From Cercozoa sp. M6MM (lineage: Eukaryota > Protista > Endomyxa: Ascetosporea), in NCBI GenBank assembly GCA_040357565.1, contig JBDODJ010000111.1: a stretch of 37,328 nucleotides of DNA; one strand, 5' to 3'. Numbering within the stretch: position 1 is the stretch's first letter; the number at the start of each line of letters is the position of its first letter. The notes below the pieces were generated by a model that was not told where the DNA came from, made no database searches, and was given only the letters and a program-made list of their open reading frames with translations. A program made the position numbers and the translations under genes. Below are positions 13,321 through 24,340 of the stretch, in pieces.

Positions 13321-13904
13321 AGACACAGAGACACAGAGACACAGAGACACAGAGACCGACACAGAGACAGACACAGAGACAGACACAGACAGACAAATAC
13401 AGACACAGACACAGCTAGGTGTACACTGGTCGCGCCTTCAGCACCCTGAAATTCAACCTTGGCTCGCACCACACTTGCTGGGCCCTGCTCAAAGGAAGCA
13501 TCCACAGACACACATGACTGTACACAAGCAAATGGGTAGTCTCAGGAAGGTAAAATTTCACCGCGGCACCAGGCGGCACTTGCAGATCACAAGCCCCGAG
13601 AATGCGCACGAAAAGTTTCGACACAGAGGCCAAGGCTTCTTGCACATCCTCCTAACAGATCAGAGAGACACAAGATTCACATGACACAACGAGAACCCAC
13701 TCGTCACAGTCACAAAACACCTGCTCGGAGCTTTCTTGGTTGTATTGTGCACACAGTGCTGAACTGCTCACGGAGACTGCCTTTGTCTACACAAAAGAGC
13801 AATGGGACGTGCAAGCCGCAAAAAAGCGTATGGTAACTTACATTCACAGTGTCGCCGGGGGTATCCAGCGACGCACGAGTTGAGCAAGCCCTATGTTCCC
13901 ACAT
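11812..13904 (-). CDS. Tandem C2-domain protein (multi-exon); may be the 3' half of the upstream LRR-IQ gene
   Basis: The spliced translation gives a first C2-like unit: [27 protein letters not shown]|[34 protein letters not shown]|[19 protein letters not shown]|VSVAW. A second unit follows: [51 protein letters not shown]. The stop is at 11812. Confidence 0.7.
13262..13412. repeat. (CA)n plus compound (GACACA/CAGAGA)-type microsatellite, intronic
   Basis: Seen directly. It lies inside an intron that starts with GTACAC on the minus strand. Confidence 0.95.
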
Positions 13905-13941
13905 GCTCAAGCAAAGGTGGGAGGAGTCAAATCACACAGTA

Positions 13942-16900
13942 TCATACGGGAACGGACCAGTCGCTCACACTAGTCGCATCAACACCATGTGGACTGTCGG
14001 CCGGAGTCAAATTTTGATCACCAACATGACTCAGCAGAGAAATCTGCGTTGACAGCAACGGGTTCTTCTGTTGCTGCACCTGAACACAAGAGGCAATGCA
14101 AACAAGAAGAGAGGACACCACCAGCGCGGTCCACCATTCAGTCCATAATGCACTGTACCGCAGGCGCAGAGTTTCGATGTGGCGACGTCGTCGTCGGTCG
14201 CTGCTGCAAATCACGGAAGGCCACAAAATCATTCTGCAAGCGACGTCGACTGTGCCGCTCGTGTCTCTGTTGATGCACAAACAGTGCACCGAAACAAGAG
14301 CATCAAGCACAAAATTACAAGTGCACTCTCCAATTCTCGAATGCGACGCTGCTGTTCGGCGATTAACAAACGACGGAAGCGCTTTCGCTGTCGGTAACCA
14401 CGCCAGAAGCGTTGAATTATGGTGGCAGCGAGACTCTAAGCAAACGCAAACTCATAAACACGCACACAGGTGCACACAAGAGCAATCACACACCTGCATC
14501 AGGTGCTCCCTAAGACGAAGTCGCGTCCGAGTGCCACGCCACGCACGTTGGATGCGCAGAGCGGCCGCGTGTCTGAGGACTACACATTCACATGTCTGGA
14601 TTCAGTGAACGGCCAACCCTGCGAGTGTACCCTCTTCGCGAGGAAAGGTTGGCATCACAAACTTGTGCGCCTCCTGCGTCGAAAAATATATATACAGGAA
14701 TGGATACAACGAGAAAAATCAACCTCAGGAGGCGGCGATACGAGGTTCTTTAACGAGCGGTAGCGGCGTCTCAGGTCTGCCTGCGTACGGAGAAAAGCGC
14801 GCTAAGTCATAGTTTGCCTGTGGAGAGTACAGACGCACCTGTGAAGGAGGCGCAGGTACAGGCACAAGGCCTCTTCGCGGGTCGTTCACGAGCATTCGCT
14901 CGTCGCTACTGTACGTCGGATAGTCGCCTTGACTATCGGTCGCGTGCTGCGCGCCCGTTTGATGCGTTGCAGAGTGGTGTACTTGCATGTGTTGGCCCGT
15001 CTCGAGTGCTGTCAGTCGTTGTTGCACGCGCTCTATTCACATTCAAAGCTAGCATTCAAATCTCAAGACGCGTGTGTACCGAGATGTCGCGTGAGTCGCA
15101 CGAGCTGGTTCTCAAGAACTTCGATGCGAAGTTGCAGGTGCGACGGTGAGCTTGAAAGCAGTGTAGTCCCAGTCGGCGACAAGGTTGTCAATGCTGGGTG
15201 CTGTCAACACAGTCAGTCAGCCGCACGCGAGATTAACACAGGGTAGTACCCCAGGTGCGGAACTGGTTCGTCGAACAGTGACTGCTGCATTGCGCACATG
15301 CGGTGGCGAACAAATCGGTGTATACTCGACCTGTCGCGCATTGTCACCGAATCCCGCCGACGGTTGCGCACGTTCGCGCTGTCGTTGACACGGGGTGTGA
15401 AACTTGCCTGCAAGACACACACGTGTCTCGTGTCTACAGTAAATGTCCACAGCAAGCCGAGAAATGACAAACCTGGTGCGCGTTGTGGGTGCGTGGCTAG
15501 TCCCTCCCCATCGGACAAAATCGACAGCTTTGATGGCTGCAAGTTCTGCTATTAAAACACCCTATGCATACACCGGCAGCCACCATGTATCAAAATACAC
15601 GGTGTGCCTCCTCGTCGTCAGATTCGTCTTCATTTTCAAAACTGTAGTCACTGTATTCGTTGAGGTCGAGTGTGTGGGTGCGTCGCGAGATGCCTACCAT
15701 ACCATATTTAGACTCAAGACACACGTGTGTTGACACACGCCACATACGTGATGTCTCGTGCCGTCCAAAAAGCCTGCTGGGTTGTGGCCGCGGCGTGAGT
15801 GCACGTCGCTGTACTAGAGGCAGATGCCGCTTTCGGCGCGGCTTTGGAGTCCTCGCGTACCTTCTGTTCCTGCAGATGCCAAAGATCTCGTGCCGAGTAT
15901 AGATCATGCGCACACACGCGCTGTACCAGGTGTCTACTTCGTGGTCGGTGTCAAGCTCTTCGATACTGCTGCTTATTGTGTCAGAGCACCTCCGACGAAG
16001 ATAATCACGCAGCAGTCGCATTCGTTGGCGTAGTTCAATATCCTGCGACACAAGAGACGCCTCGGTCGCTCACACAGATCAAAAAAGAAATCTACATCAT
16101 TGTCGGACGACGGAGGCAGCAGCAAGCGGGAGTCGCCGTGTCGCAGCAGCGCCTGTCCAAGCGCCCACAAGCGTGGCGGCACTTTCTCGCCTGTACTCAC
16201 GTATCTATAAGGAACACTACACAATGTGGTACATAGACGAAAAAAACCATTGAGGTATTTGAGGTGAGGAAGCAGTCGCAGCACGAGAGGCCGCACGTCG
16301 AACGACGTATCCTGCAGCAGCGGTGTGCCATGTAGTTGCAGCGAGTGAAGAGAGGGACACGCGTGCGCCAGTGCCAGCAAATCGGAGAGAGATGCCAATT
16401 TCTGCCATCAAAGAAATTTTGAATATTTATACAGACAAGCATTGACTGGAAATGGTGGTTAGACACAGTTTCACTGAGGTCGATTTCAACGAGAGATGCA
16501 GGCAAACAGGAGGAGGCATCATGAAGCGACGCAATAACTGTGTCACGAAGTGAAAGTGTCCGCAACTGGTCGCATTGGCTCTGCACAACAACCCGTGAAA
16601 GAACACAACCCCTAATTCAAACAAATACAAGCAGAGAAACGCACGAGTGCAGGTAGCATGTGTAGCGGGTTGCTGGATAGATCGAGCTCTTGCAGTGTCT
16701 CGGGAAGTGGTGGCAGTGCAGTGCTCAACACTAAGGATATTAAAAATCCTAACGAACACATAAGCGTAGATATATGATGTCAGACAATGGTACATGAGTT
16801 GTTGGCCAATGAGAGTCGTTTCAGCAGCGGCAATTCAGCCACACTAAACACACAAGCACACCCAATCCGAATCCTCTCACTGAGTTGTAAACAATTCGTC

Positions 16901-17377
16901 GTACACTTGAGCATCAGTGATTGAACAATCTTCTGCGAGAAGAATCCGCAAGTTTCTGCAGAAATAAATAGCACGCACGAATCATCATGTTGCACAAACA
17001 GCATTAATGCACCTGCAAACAGCAAGAGCTTGAAGCGAAGTTAGTTTCGGGTTGACGCTGACGTCGCTGTTACCCACATTTTCACGTAATAACAACATAT
17101 GGAAACACAAGGTGGTGAATTACAGGGCACGGAGAGAGCGTGGGACCCCGCCCAGCGACGACAAATTGTTAATCGAGGCGTCAACTGACGAAACGTGTCT
17201 GTATTTGAACAAGAAGTTGAGGCCTGACTTGGAATACATGGATTTGCATGTACCTTTCGTGGCGAAGCACTCGCCGCAGTGAGCGCAGACCTCGCTCTGT
17301 CACAAAACCACTACTTGTACTTTAAAATCATGAACCAGGCTTATACCTCTTAGATCAAGCGAGTTTTCCACATGCAT
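13942..17377 (-). CDS. Leucine-rich-repeat / coiled-coil / IQ-motif protein, CEP97-like (multi-exon)
   Basis: ATG 17377 starts MHVENSLDLR|ERGLRSL. LRRs include VSSVDASINNLSSL, LQELDLSSNPL, LKRLSLANN and LHSLQLHGTP. An LRR cap reads FDVRPLVLRLLPHLKYLNG. Two IQ motifs follow, AALRIQRAWRGTRTR (about 14520-14570) and AATIIQRFWRGYRQR (about 14385-14430), then a coiled coil. The architecture matches CEP97 as I recall it; orthology is inferred. Confidence 0.7.
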
Positions 17378-17528
17378 CTCAACCTAGCGGTGCAGTCACC
17401 CAGACCCTCAGTGAAAGGCCCCGGGTCTCGAAGGCCCCGCTGCAGACTTTTCGTTAAGTCTGCGTATTCGGCAGGCCTGCTGTTGTCGCACATCCATAGC
17501 ACCTAAGCCAGACCAAAGTCGTGTGCTG
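17378..17528. promoter_or_regulatory. Compact bidirectional promoter (151 bp) between the LRR-IQ gene and NDUFS6
   Basis: Divergent ATGs at 17377 (-) and 17529 (+). The spacer contains AAGGCCCCG twice (about 17415 and 17431). Confidence 0.55.
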
Positions 17529-18270
17529 ATGAACAGAGTGGCACTGGTGACTCTCAGGTACTTGAGTTTGAATTATTTCTTTTTTGGTGGTAGTGCAGCA
17601 CAGCAACATATTTGCGCACAGGTGCGCGATGCAGCGCCGCGAGCAATCTGTGGCGAGCACGTTGCAGAAACTCGTGGAGATCGTAAGTCAGGAGGACCTG
17701 GAACGTCATTAAGCGCTGAAATATTTGTTTGTTTTGTTGACAGGCACGGCAAAAGCCGGCCGAGCTGGCAGCCAAGTACGTGCCGGCAATCAAGGGGTTG
17801 TCTCGCACAAACGACGAGATTCTGGAGGAGCAGGCTGTGCAGCACTGGCAGAAGGGCGGTACTCGCCCGACCTACCAGCAGGTGAACCCGACGCCGCACG
17901 TGCTGGATGGCGAGTTTCTGGAGCTGACGGAGGACCACGACGAGCGTTTGGCGCGTTTGCAGGCCGCCAAGCAGCCGATGAAGCCAACACAGCAGGAGCT
18001 CACGCCGATGGAGCTCATTGCTCAGCTGCCCATCGTCGAAACAACTGAGGAAAAGGTCGCGTGCGTTGGCTTCCATCCCGAGGACGATGTCTGTACAGTT
18101 TGCTTTCCTCTTTGTTTGGTTTGCCATACGTTTGCGCCTGTGTTTCGACAGCCGACAAGGACTCGTACTTTGGCCACCCGATCGAATACATCCAGCTGAA
18201 CACGCGAAAGTCGGGTGATGTTGCTACTTGCAAGTACTGCGGTATCCGGTACACGCACGCGCACGACTAA
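17529..18270 (+). CDS. NDUFS6: NADH:ubiquinone oxidoreductase Fe-S subunit 6 (zf-CHCC zinc finger)
   Basis: Four exons (about 17529-17557, 17622-17682, 17744-18092, 18152-18270). The C-terminus MELIAQLPIVE..VAC..FGHPIEYIQL..TCKYCGIRY is the CHCC motif. The Arg-rich N-terminus resembles a mitochondrial presequence. Confidence 0.85.
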
Positions 18271-18329
18271 ATTGAATCCTCCGCGTTGGCCAATCGATTG
18301 AACCGGACGCCAGCGCAAGCAAAACCGTT

Positions 18330-18852
18330 CACCGTGACTGTTATTTGAGGATACGGTACGACGTGCGTAATGCCCGTGGAAACACATCACCAAATCCACG
18401 CAGACTCCTAAGACTAGCAAAGGAATGCAAAACTCAGCATTGCTGCCGCACGCACTCTCGCACGATTCCTGTGCAACAGACTCGGCTCGTTCAAGTAGAT
18501 TTTCTTCAACTACGCCCAAATACCAAGACCATGCGAAGAATGCAACGCCAAAGGCAGAACCAGAACCCGCAACTCCACGGGATGCAAAGAAAGACTAAAG
18601 AAACGCAAGCTATAGCTACACACCGATTGTGCTACTGGCCAAAATGCAAGCAATGAGACAAAAGGAGAGAAACGCTTCAGGCTTGGCACCTATCTCCGTG
18701 ATAGAATGTGATGAGTCGAAGGAACTGACGGCATACGCCAAACCAACTGAGGCGCACAATCGAACACATACTGAGCACTTACATGTCATCACGAGAGTGG
18801 TATGGGAGGAGAAAGCCAGCTGCGATATAGCCTACGCCACCACCCAAATCTC
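18330..18852 (-). CDS. Possible small multi-exon membrane protein or gene remnant
   Basis: Hydrophobic segments (VAIACVSLVFLCIPWSCGFWFCLW; FCIPLLVLGVCVDLVMCF) and plausible GTAAGT / GTATTT..CAG introns. I could not close a complete model. Confidence 0.25.
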
Positions 18853-18894
18853 TATGTTTGTCTGTGCGTGTTTTAATAAGTGGTGGAAGGAATG

Positions 18895-19080
18895 ACAGGC
18901 GACGAGACAGACGACTCGACGGACGACAGCGAGACGACGAGACGCCGACGCCAACGAATTTTCCCACTCCCAGCCCGCCACCTGTACCAACCCTTGAAGA
19001 AGATGTCCTGGGAAACTTCAAAAGGAGAGCTGGATGGCCCGCGCTAAGCGGGCGATGGACTACCGTCATGCGCTTGTTGT
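18895..19080 (+). mobile_element. Repeat family A fragment (putative 3' end of an RTE-like non-LTR retrotransposon)
   Basis: ccttgaagaagatgtcctgggaaacttcaaaagg..aagcgggcgatggactaccgtcatgcgcttg aligns with 33272-33364 (+) and with about 32080-32240 (-). Confidence 0.6.
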
Positions 19081-19305
19081 CCATCGTTGTTTGTTCTCGC
19101 TTTGTCTGCCGGTATTGGCCTGTTTGTCTGCGAGTTGGTTGAGTTGGATTTTAATGTGGGAGGGTACCCAGTGTCGATCTCATCGGGTTCTGCCTTTTGT
19201 GGCGTTGTGAGGTGCAGAATGGTTCCCTTGTAATCTATCAGTAGAGCTATCTCTGTCTCCTTGTCTGTTGCCGCTGCTGCGTCTGCCTTGCTAATTAGTA
19301 CTAAC

Positions 19306-19654
19306 TTTGTTACCGCAGCCCTCTCAGATAGGGATCAGGCCTTGGTAAATTGAGGGTACTTTGCCAGTGATACAAAAAAAAACTAAGGAACGTAAGAAAG
19401 TCTGTTCTTGGAGGGAGAGTGGCCAAGTGTCAGTTTGAAAGAGTGAGTTACCCCAACGGTTTAGTTGGGCGGCAAAGCACTGATGGACGGGAAAGTCACC
19501 CGTCAGATGGTAACTGTAGAAAGGACAGTCAGTAAAAAGGGTCCTTGAGACGGAAAGGCGTCGTGAGAACTGAGTCGTGAGGATTCAGAAGTACTTGGGT
19601 TGGCGTGAAGTAAAGAAGAAGGAAGAAGCGAAGCGGAGACAACTGGTCCTGGAG
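19306..19654 (-). mobile_element. Repeat family B copy X (putative 5'-truncated non-LTR retroelement)
   Basis: 19306-19564 is the reverse complement of 26040-26298 (259 bp, 1 mismatch). 19565-19654 is a diverged homologue of 27014-27131. Confidence 0.8.
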
Positions 19655-19745
19655 TTGGATACCCGGGGTAAGGCCATGCGCTTGTGACCCACCCCAGAAG
19701 TGGTACAGGGACTACAGAGTTGGTTTCTTAGTAGACTAACTAAGT
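19651..19745 (+). mobile_element. Repeat family A extreme 3' end with short (CTAA)n-like tail
   Basis: ggccatgcgcttgtgacccacc..tggtacaggga-ctaca..ggtttct matches 33352-33416 and the minus copy at about 32000-32090. It ends gactaactaag, compared with gactcaactaactaag in the 32-kb copy. Confidence 0.65.
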
Positions 19746-19747
19746 CA

Positions 19748-20689
19748 CTATCTCGTTAGGCGAGCAGCGCGCAGCTCCTGCCGATCAGCCATTTGCTTGT
19801 TCAGTGTCTCCACTCTCTGGTCCCACCTGCCACACATGAGAGGTTAGCAAAGAAAGTAAGAGGTAAAGCCACAAAGTTAAACGCACTTCTTGGCCTTTTT
19901 CTGGCGTAGCTTCTTTTTCCTGTTGAGCGCCTTTTCAAGTTTCTTGACATCGTTTTTCACCTTTTCGCCCTGAGCCCGTCGCAGCGCCGTCTCCAGTGCT
20001 TCTGTGTGCTCTGCCTACAAAGCAAAAAAAAAAAAAAAAAAACTGGGAGGGGCAAAAGATGAGAAGGAAATAACGTTTGGCCAGTACCTCCTTTCGCTTC
20101 TCGATCGACATGCGACTGAGAGTGGCCTCCCTCTTCTTGAGGTCACGCAACAACTCGCGGTCGTTTTTCTTGTGCTCCTTCTGCTGTCGCTGATACTGCT
20201 TGGTGCCGCCGCCACTGCTGAGAACGCGTGCACTCGTGCTGTCCTGCAGGACACTACCAAAGCTGATGTCCTGCATGGCCGTGACCCGCTTCTTTGAAGC
20301 AGGCACCTCTGCATCAGCCGGGTGCTGCGACTCAGCGCGACGCTTCGGTGCCTTTTGGTTCTCCTTCTGCTTTTGTTGCTTCTGCTTCTGCTTCTGTTTG
20401 CGAAGTTCCTTTTGCTGTTTCTTCTGCTGCTTCTTCTTCTGGTTGGTCTTCTTCTGGTTGGCCTGCTTCTTCTGCTTGCGCGACTGGATCGGCTGCTCCT
20501 GCAGTTCCATCTCTTCATCGTCAAGCTCCTCCGGCGATCGTAGCTGTCGCAAAACGTGCGTGGGCAGCATCGATGACAGGGAGTCAAAGACTGCGCAACA
20601 AGAGTTCGGAATAACCGCCAGCAACCAAAGGGAAAACTCTTACATTCCAGCTCGGCGCACAGCAACTCAATTTCGTTTTGGGTGGCCAT
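19748..20689 (-). CDS. SURF6: Surfeit locus protein 6 / RRP14 (ribosome biogenesis)
   Basis: Four exons. The RRP14-type N-terminus is MATQNEIELLCAELE|FFDSLSSMLP, followed by a K/Q-rich middle and DISFG. The SURF6 signature reads ALETALRRAQGEKVKNDVKKLEKALNRKKK..KK|WDQR..RQ. The stop TAG is at 19750-19748. Confidence 0.85.
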
Positions 20690-20784
20690 TTTCACGCTTT
20701 AGTCACTATTGGAGACACGGCACACCTACAGTACAGCAACAAACGTTCCGCGCGCCTGGCTTCCAGAGAAATTGTAGCCACACA

Positions 20785-22258
20785 ATGATCACTGGACAAC
20801 AACTTCTCTGTTCTTTAATTGTGGTCTTTGCTCCTTGATCACCTGTGCTGGTGCTACCGCGTCGCAGCTAAGTGCCAAGAACCTCAGCATCGGCCCAAAT
20901 TGCATTCGCAGAGTTTTGAGACACCGCGTTTCGAGACTCGTTGACCTGAGTTTTGGAGTCGCTCGAGTGGATGATGCGTGGTATCTTGCGCCGTGCGCGT
21001 AGGTCAGCCAATGCCGAAAAAGAAGAGAAGAAAAAAGACGCTCGACTACAAGCGCCGCCTCCTGAAAACGCGCAACCTCCAGGGAGTCCAGTGGGGGAAA
21101 CACTTGATGAGAGACTCGCCCAGTTGCACGCGTCGCATGTACATTCATTGCCTTCATTATGCTGCTACTTGTGTGCAGCTTATATAACATGTGAAGCGCA
21201 ATTGATTTGATTTCTGCATAGCGCGACTTCGAGCGAATGGTGGATCAGAAAAGTCGAAAATCCGGCGCAGGTTTGAGAGAACAACGGGGTGTTCTGTGTT
21301 CTTGCGTTGCTCAAAACAAAGAGGCGCTAAGAGGTTGTGTTATTTCTTTTAAACAGTGGCAATGCGGAGACGTTCGTTCATTCGGCAAAGAGTCCCGTCG
21401 CTGGCACAGTTTGACGACGTCGTTGCTGCGAGCGGTGGTATCACCTTCCTCTTCCTTTCTTCCTTGTTTTCTTCCTTCTTTTCTTCCTCCCTTTCTTCTA
21501 TCATTTCTTTCTTTCTGCCTCCCTTTCTTTCTTCTCACTCTAGTAAAACACACTCAATTTAGAGGACCTTGTGGCACTTGCGGAAGTGGCGACGCCGTCG
21601 GAAAACACCGCGGGTTCGAGTGCATGCTTATGGTGCAATGTGTGCGCGCGCGCACGTGTGTGTGTGTGTGTGTGCCTTGGTTACTGCACTGTGAGTCCAC
21701 ACAGGTGAAGACCGGAACCGCGTGGTTCGCCGTCGCCGTCGTCACTCAGTGTCTGCTTTTTTGTTTGTTTCGATACCACACTCCGCACTGTGTGTCTCTT
21801 TGAAATTTGTCGTCCATTGATGGGTGTCCGTTCAAACGATTGCAGTGCGACTTCGAAAGACATGACGCACTTGTTCTGCCTGCACGATTTCGTTGATGGC
21901 AGTTTCAACATAGCGCGTACCTTCTTATCCTTCGTTAGACGTGATACCATTGAGCAAGACATGTGTGCAAACAACACAGAGTCATCGCAGCCAACCTCAC
22001 ACGCCGACAGTGCCGTTGCGCCTATTGTCAGCGACGACGTTCTCGGCATGATGCGCAAGGTCGCGGCTGCCGATCCCGACGCTCTTGCCGCGTACCCTTC
22101 GCTTTGTCGACTTTGAAAGACGAATCAGGCCTGCATGTACGTATGCCCAGAATGGGAGGCGAACAGAGCGACTGTTTCTTGACGCGACTGCGCGGAAAGC
22201 GCGAGTTGCGCCTCGTGAGTGGCAAACTCAAACTGTGACTTGGTTTTGTTCTGTGTGT

Positions 22259-22295
<37 letters not shown>

Positions 22296-22395
22296 NNNNN
22301 NNNNNNNNNNNNNNNNNNNNNNNNNNNNNNNNNNNNNNNNNNNNNNNNNNNNNNNNNNNNNNNNNNNNNNNNNNNNNNNNNNNNNNNNNNNNNNN

Positions 22396-22480
<85 letters not shown>

Positions 22481-24275
22481 GTGTGTGCTCGAAATGAACA
22501 GAGACACGGTGGTGACAGATGCGGTTCTTCACGCTGTCAAATCCGTTCAAGCTGCACAGGAACAGTACGCGCAAGGTACCCTGCGCGCGCGCGTGTGTTT
22601 GTGTGTGCAATTTGTACGTCTGGACTTGCCGTGCAGCACTTTCGATGGCGGCGCAGAGCCTGGCCGAACGCGTGGACTGCGCATTGACTGCCTTCGCGAG
22701 TGTGCCGGATGCAGAGGCGCTCGGCAGTCTGCCCGGCCTGTCGGTGGGCATTGACGCTGCTACGCCTGCCAAGCATCGTACAAAATTGTTGTTGTTGTTG
22801 TTGTTGTTGTTATTGTTGTTGTTGTTGACGAGTCGATGATCGCAGGGATTTGTCTGAGTATCGGCAGCAGTGTCAGCGACCTCAACAACACTGCCGACTC
22901 AGTCAACCTCACATTGAACAGCGTCAACACTCCCGAGAGTATCACAACGAGCACCAGACCGAGCGACACTGCCACTGCAGGCGACATCGAGTGGACACGA
23001 AGTGTCACTCTCGTCAAGGAACTCGGACGCGCCCTCACGCAAAGTAGTCGCAACATGGGTAGTTTACCCCTCTGCTTAATGGCCTACTACTGGCGAAACA
23101 TTTTGTCCGCGTGCGTAGAGGCGAGTGCCCATGCGCTGCGACGGAGCATTGAGGCCTCCCAAACACCACAACGCGAAAAACTAGCCGACACCGCTACCGG
23201 CTCCGTGCAGGTTGCCTTCCAGGTACTGTTCTCTCATCTGCGCACAGACACATTGTATTCTGTTTTTGCTTTCAGAGTGTGGTCGACCTCGCCGACGTTC
23301 GCTACGACGTTCGAGCAATGCGTGACCGATTGGATGTGGTGCTACTCTCTTTCTGCGCCTTTGGGCGCCCTTCACGTGTGTGACTCGGCGTAGTTGCTGC
23401 CTCGTGTGATGCGCCGTCTCGATTATATTGGTGTCGATGCCGACGTAATGTCGCCCATCTCGCCCACCTCGGCCAACGCTTCGAACACTCCCGACGATGA
23501 ACTCTTCTCCGGTACATTGTGTGTTTGTGTGCCGGTATGTATGTTTGTCTGTGTGTTTTTGTCTGTATACCAACCTGTATTCTGCAGACACTACACCTGT
23601 GCCGACCTCGCCGACGCCAGTGCCGCGGAATCTGTCACTTGCTGCCGTGCACACATTGTCGCCGATGCCAAAAGGACGTCTGGGCGACAAGCACTGGGTA
23701 GCATACTCGTGTCTCTTGCAAAGCTGTTGTAAAGGTTTTTGATTTGTGTGTCTGTGGTGCTGTGGGCAGATGCTGGAATGGATGCGTCCGCTTGCGGAAG
23801 CACGCACGTCGCTGCGCCAGTTGAAAGAGGACGCACGACGTGCCAAAGCACTGCATGATCGCAAGCTCACTTCGGTGCTCCTTTGTGTGATAACCTTGAT
23901 ACACGTAAACCAACTCCCTGTCTACAGATCAGACAAGCAATGCAGAGGAGTCAGCTGTTGTCACACGTAAGTTCATTCGAGTTGTTCACTGTCAGGACAG
24001 TGTCGAACAGTCAAATTGTCTGTCCCTGTGTCTGCTGTGTATGTGTATGTGTGTGTAGGTTTGTATCACAGAGACACAGAGTCTCGCCACTGCTGCCGTC
24101 AAGTGTCTCGATGTACGCGTAGCCTGTTGTTGATACCGAAGGGTTTAGTCTGCTGGTACGTCTACCCAATGTTCAGGTCGCGTTGCCTTCGCTGCCGCCG
24201 CAACCTCCGGTAGCTTTGGTGCTTTCAGTGTCGGTGATGACTGTATGACGGGGTGTGTGCGTGCGTGCGTGTATG

Positions 24276-24340
<65 letters not shown>

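Noticed and set aside
18990-19025. Penelope-type hammerhead ribozyme (cttgaagaag..gaaac)
   Set aside because: There is no proper CUGANGA core or stem II, and GAAAC is not conserved in the 33.3-kb or 32.1-kb copies.
19292-19758. Ciliate-like TA-bounded internal eliminated sequence system
   Set aside because: This is a single case, a 2-bp repeat is expected by chance, and no other gene in the window is interrupted this way. It is kept only as an alternative reading in the SURF6 finding.
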